A DNA stretch of 64,000 nt. Origin: Octopus vulgaris. Its lineage: Eukaryota. The translations under genes and the position numbers were made by a program. Shown in pieces: positions 63,740 through 64,000 of the stretch. Positions within the stretch are counted from its first letter, which is position 1. Every line of letters begins with the position of its first letter. Location: the NCBI GenBank assembly GCA_951406725.2, contig OX597840.1:34596001-34660000 (forward strand), given 5' to 3'. The notes beneath the pieces were generated by a model that was given only the letters and a program-made list of their open reading frames with translations, was not told the origin of the DNA and ran no database searches.

Positions 63740-64000
63740 AAAAGTTATAACCCCACCCCAAAGGTAAAGGGTGAAAACCCCCTTTGGTCATGAAATGACT
63801 GGGATTACACCTAGAAAGTTCCCCTCTCAGGTACAACCAGTAGTTGCCCATGCATACCAGCCTCCCCTCTTCATGCCACCAGTGTCATCCAATGGAAAGG
63901 CAAAGGGGCCGATACAGCATGGCACCAGTGACGTCACAACTCTTTTCTACAGCTGAGTGAACTGGAGCAACGTGAAATGAAGTGTCTTGCTCAAGAACAC
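63740..64000 (-). mobile_element. SINE family D variant, truncated by the window end
   Basis: CAGCTGAGTGAACTGGAGCAACGTGAAATGAAGTGTCTTGCTCAAGAACAC. Confidence 0.7.

Overview
AT-rich, microsatellite- and retroposon-dense animal genomic DNA. The SINE families resemble those of coleoid cephalopods, most likely Octopus; this is recognition from memory, not a database result. The window holds the 3' part of one + strand, multi-exon gene that I recognise as boule/BOLL (DAZ-family germ-cell RNA-binding protein). Hand-spliced core exons are 4463-4522 (end of the RRM, KLNIGPAIRKQ), 7234-7258, 40020-40138 (GVPYTYQNGMAIFH), 43089-43172, 44544-44600, 46373-46552 and 56685-57179. All have AG/GT boundaries and compatible phases, and one intron is ~32.8 kb. 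The N-terminal RRM exons lie upstream of the window. Nearly all ORFs in the supplied track are artefacts of microsatellites and SINEs. Introns contain several SINE families, non-autonomous Helitrons, TTAA MITEs, a mariner fossil and RTE/HERO-type LINE relics. The most interesting signals are candidate cassette, micro- and poison exons of boule, long near-perfect intronic hairpins (one with a single A:C mismatch), and inverted repeat pairs positioned to support A-to-I editing or circular RNA formation. Repeat boundaries are approximate unless a TSD or terminus is quoted.
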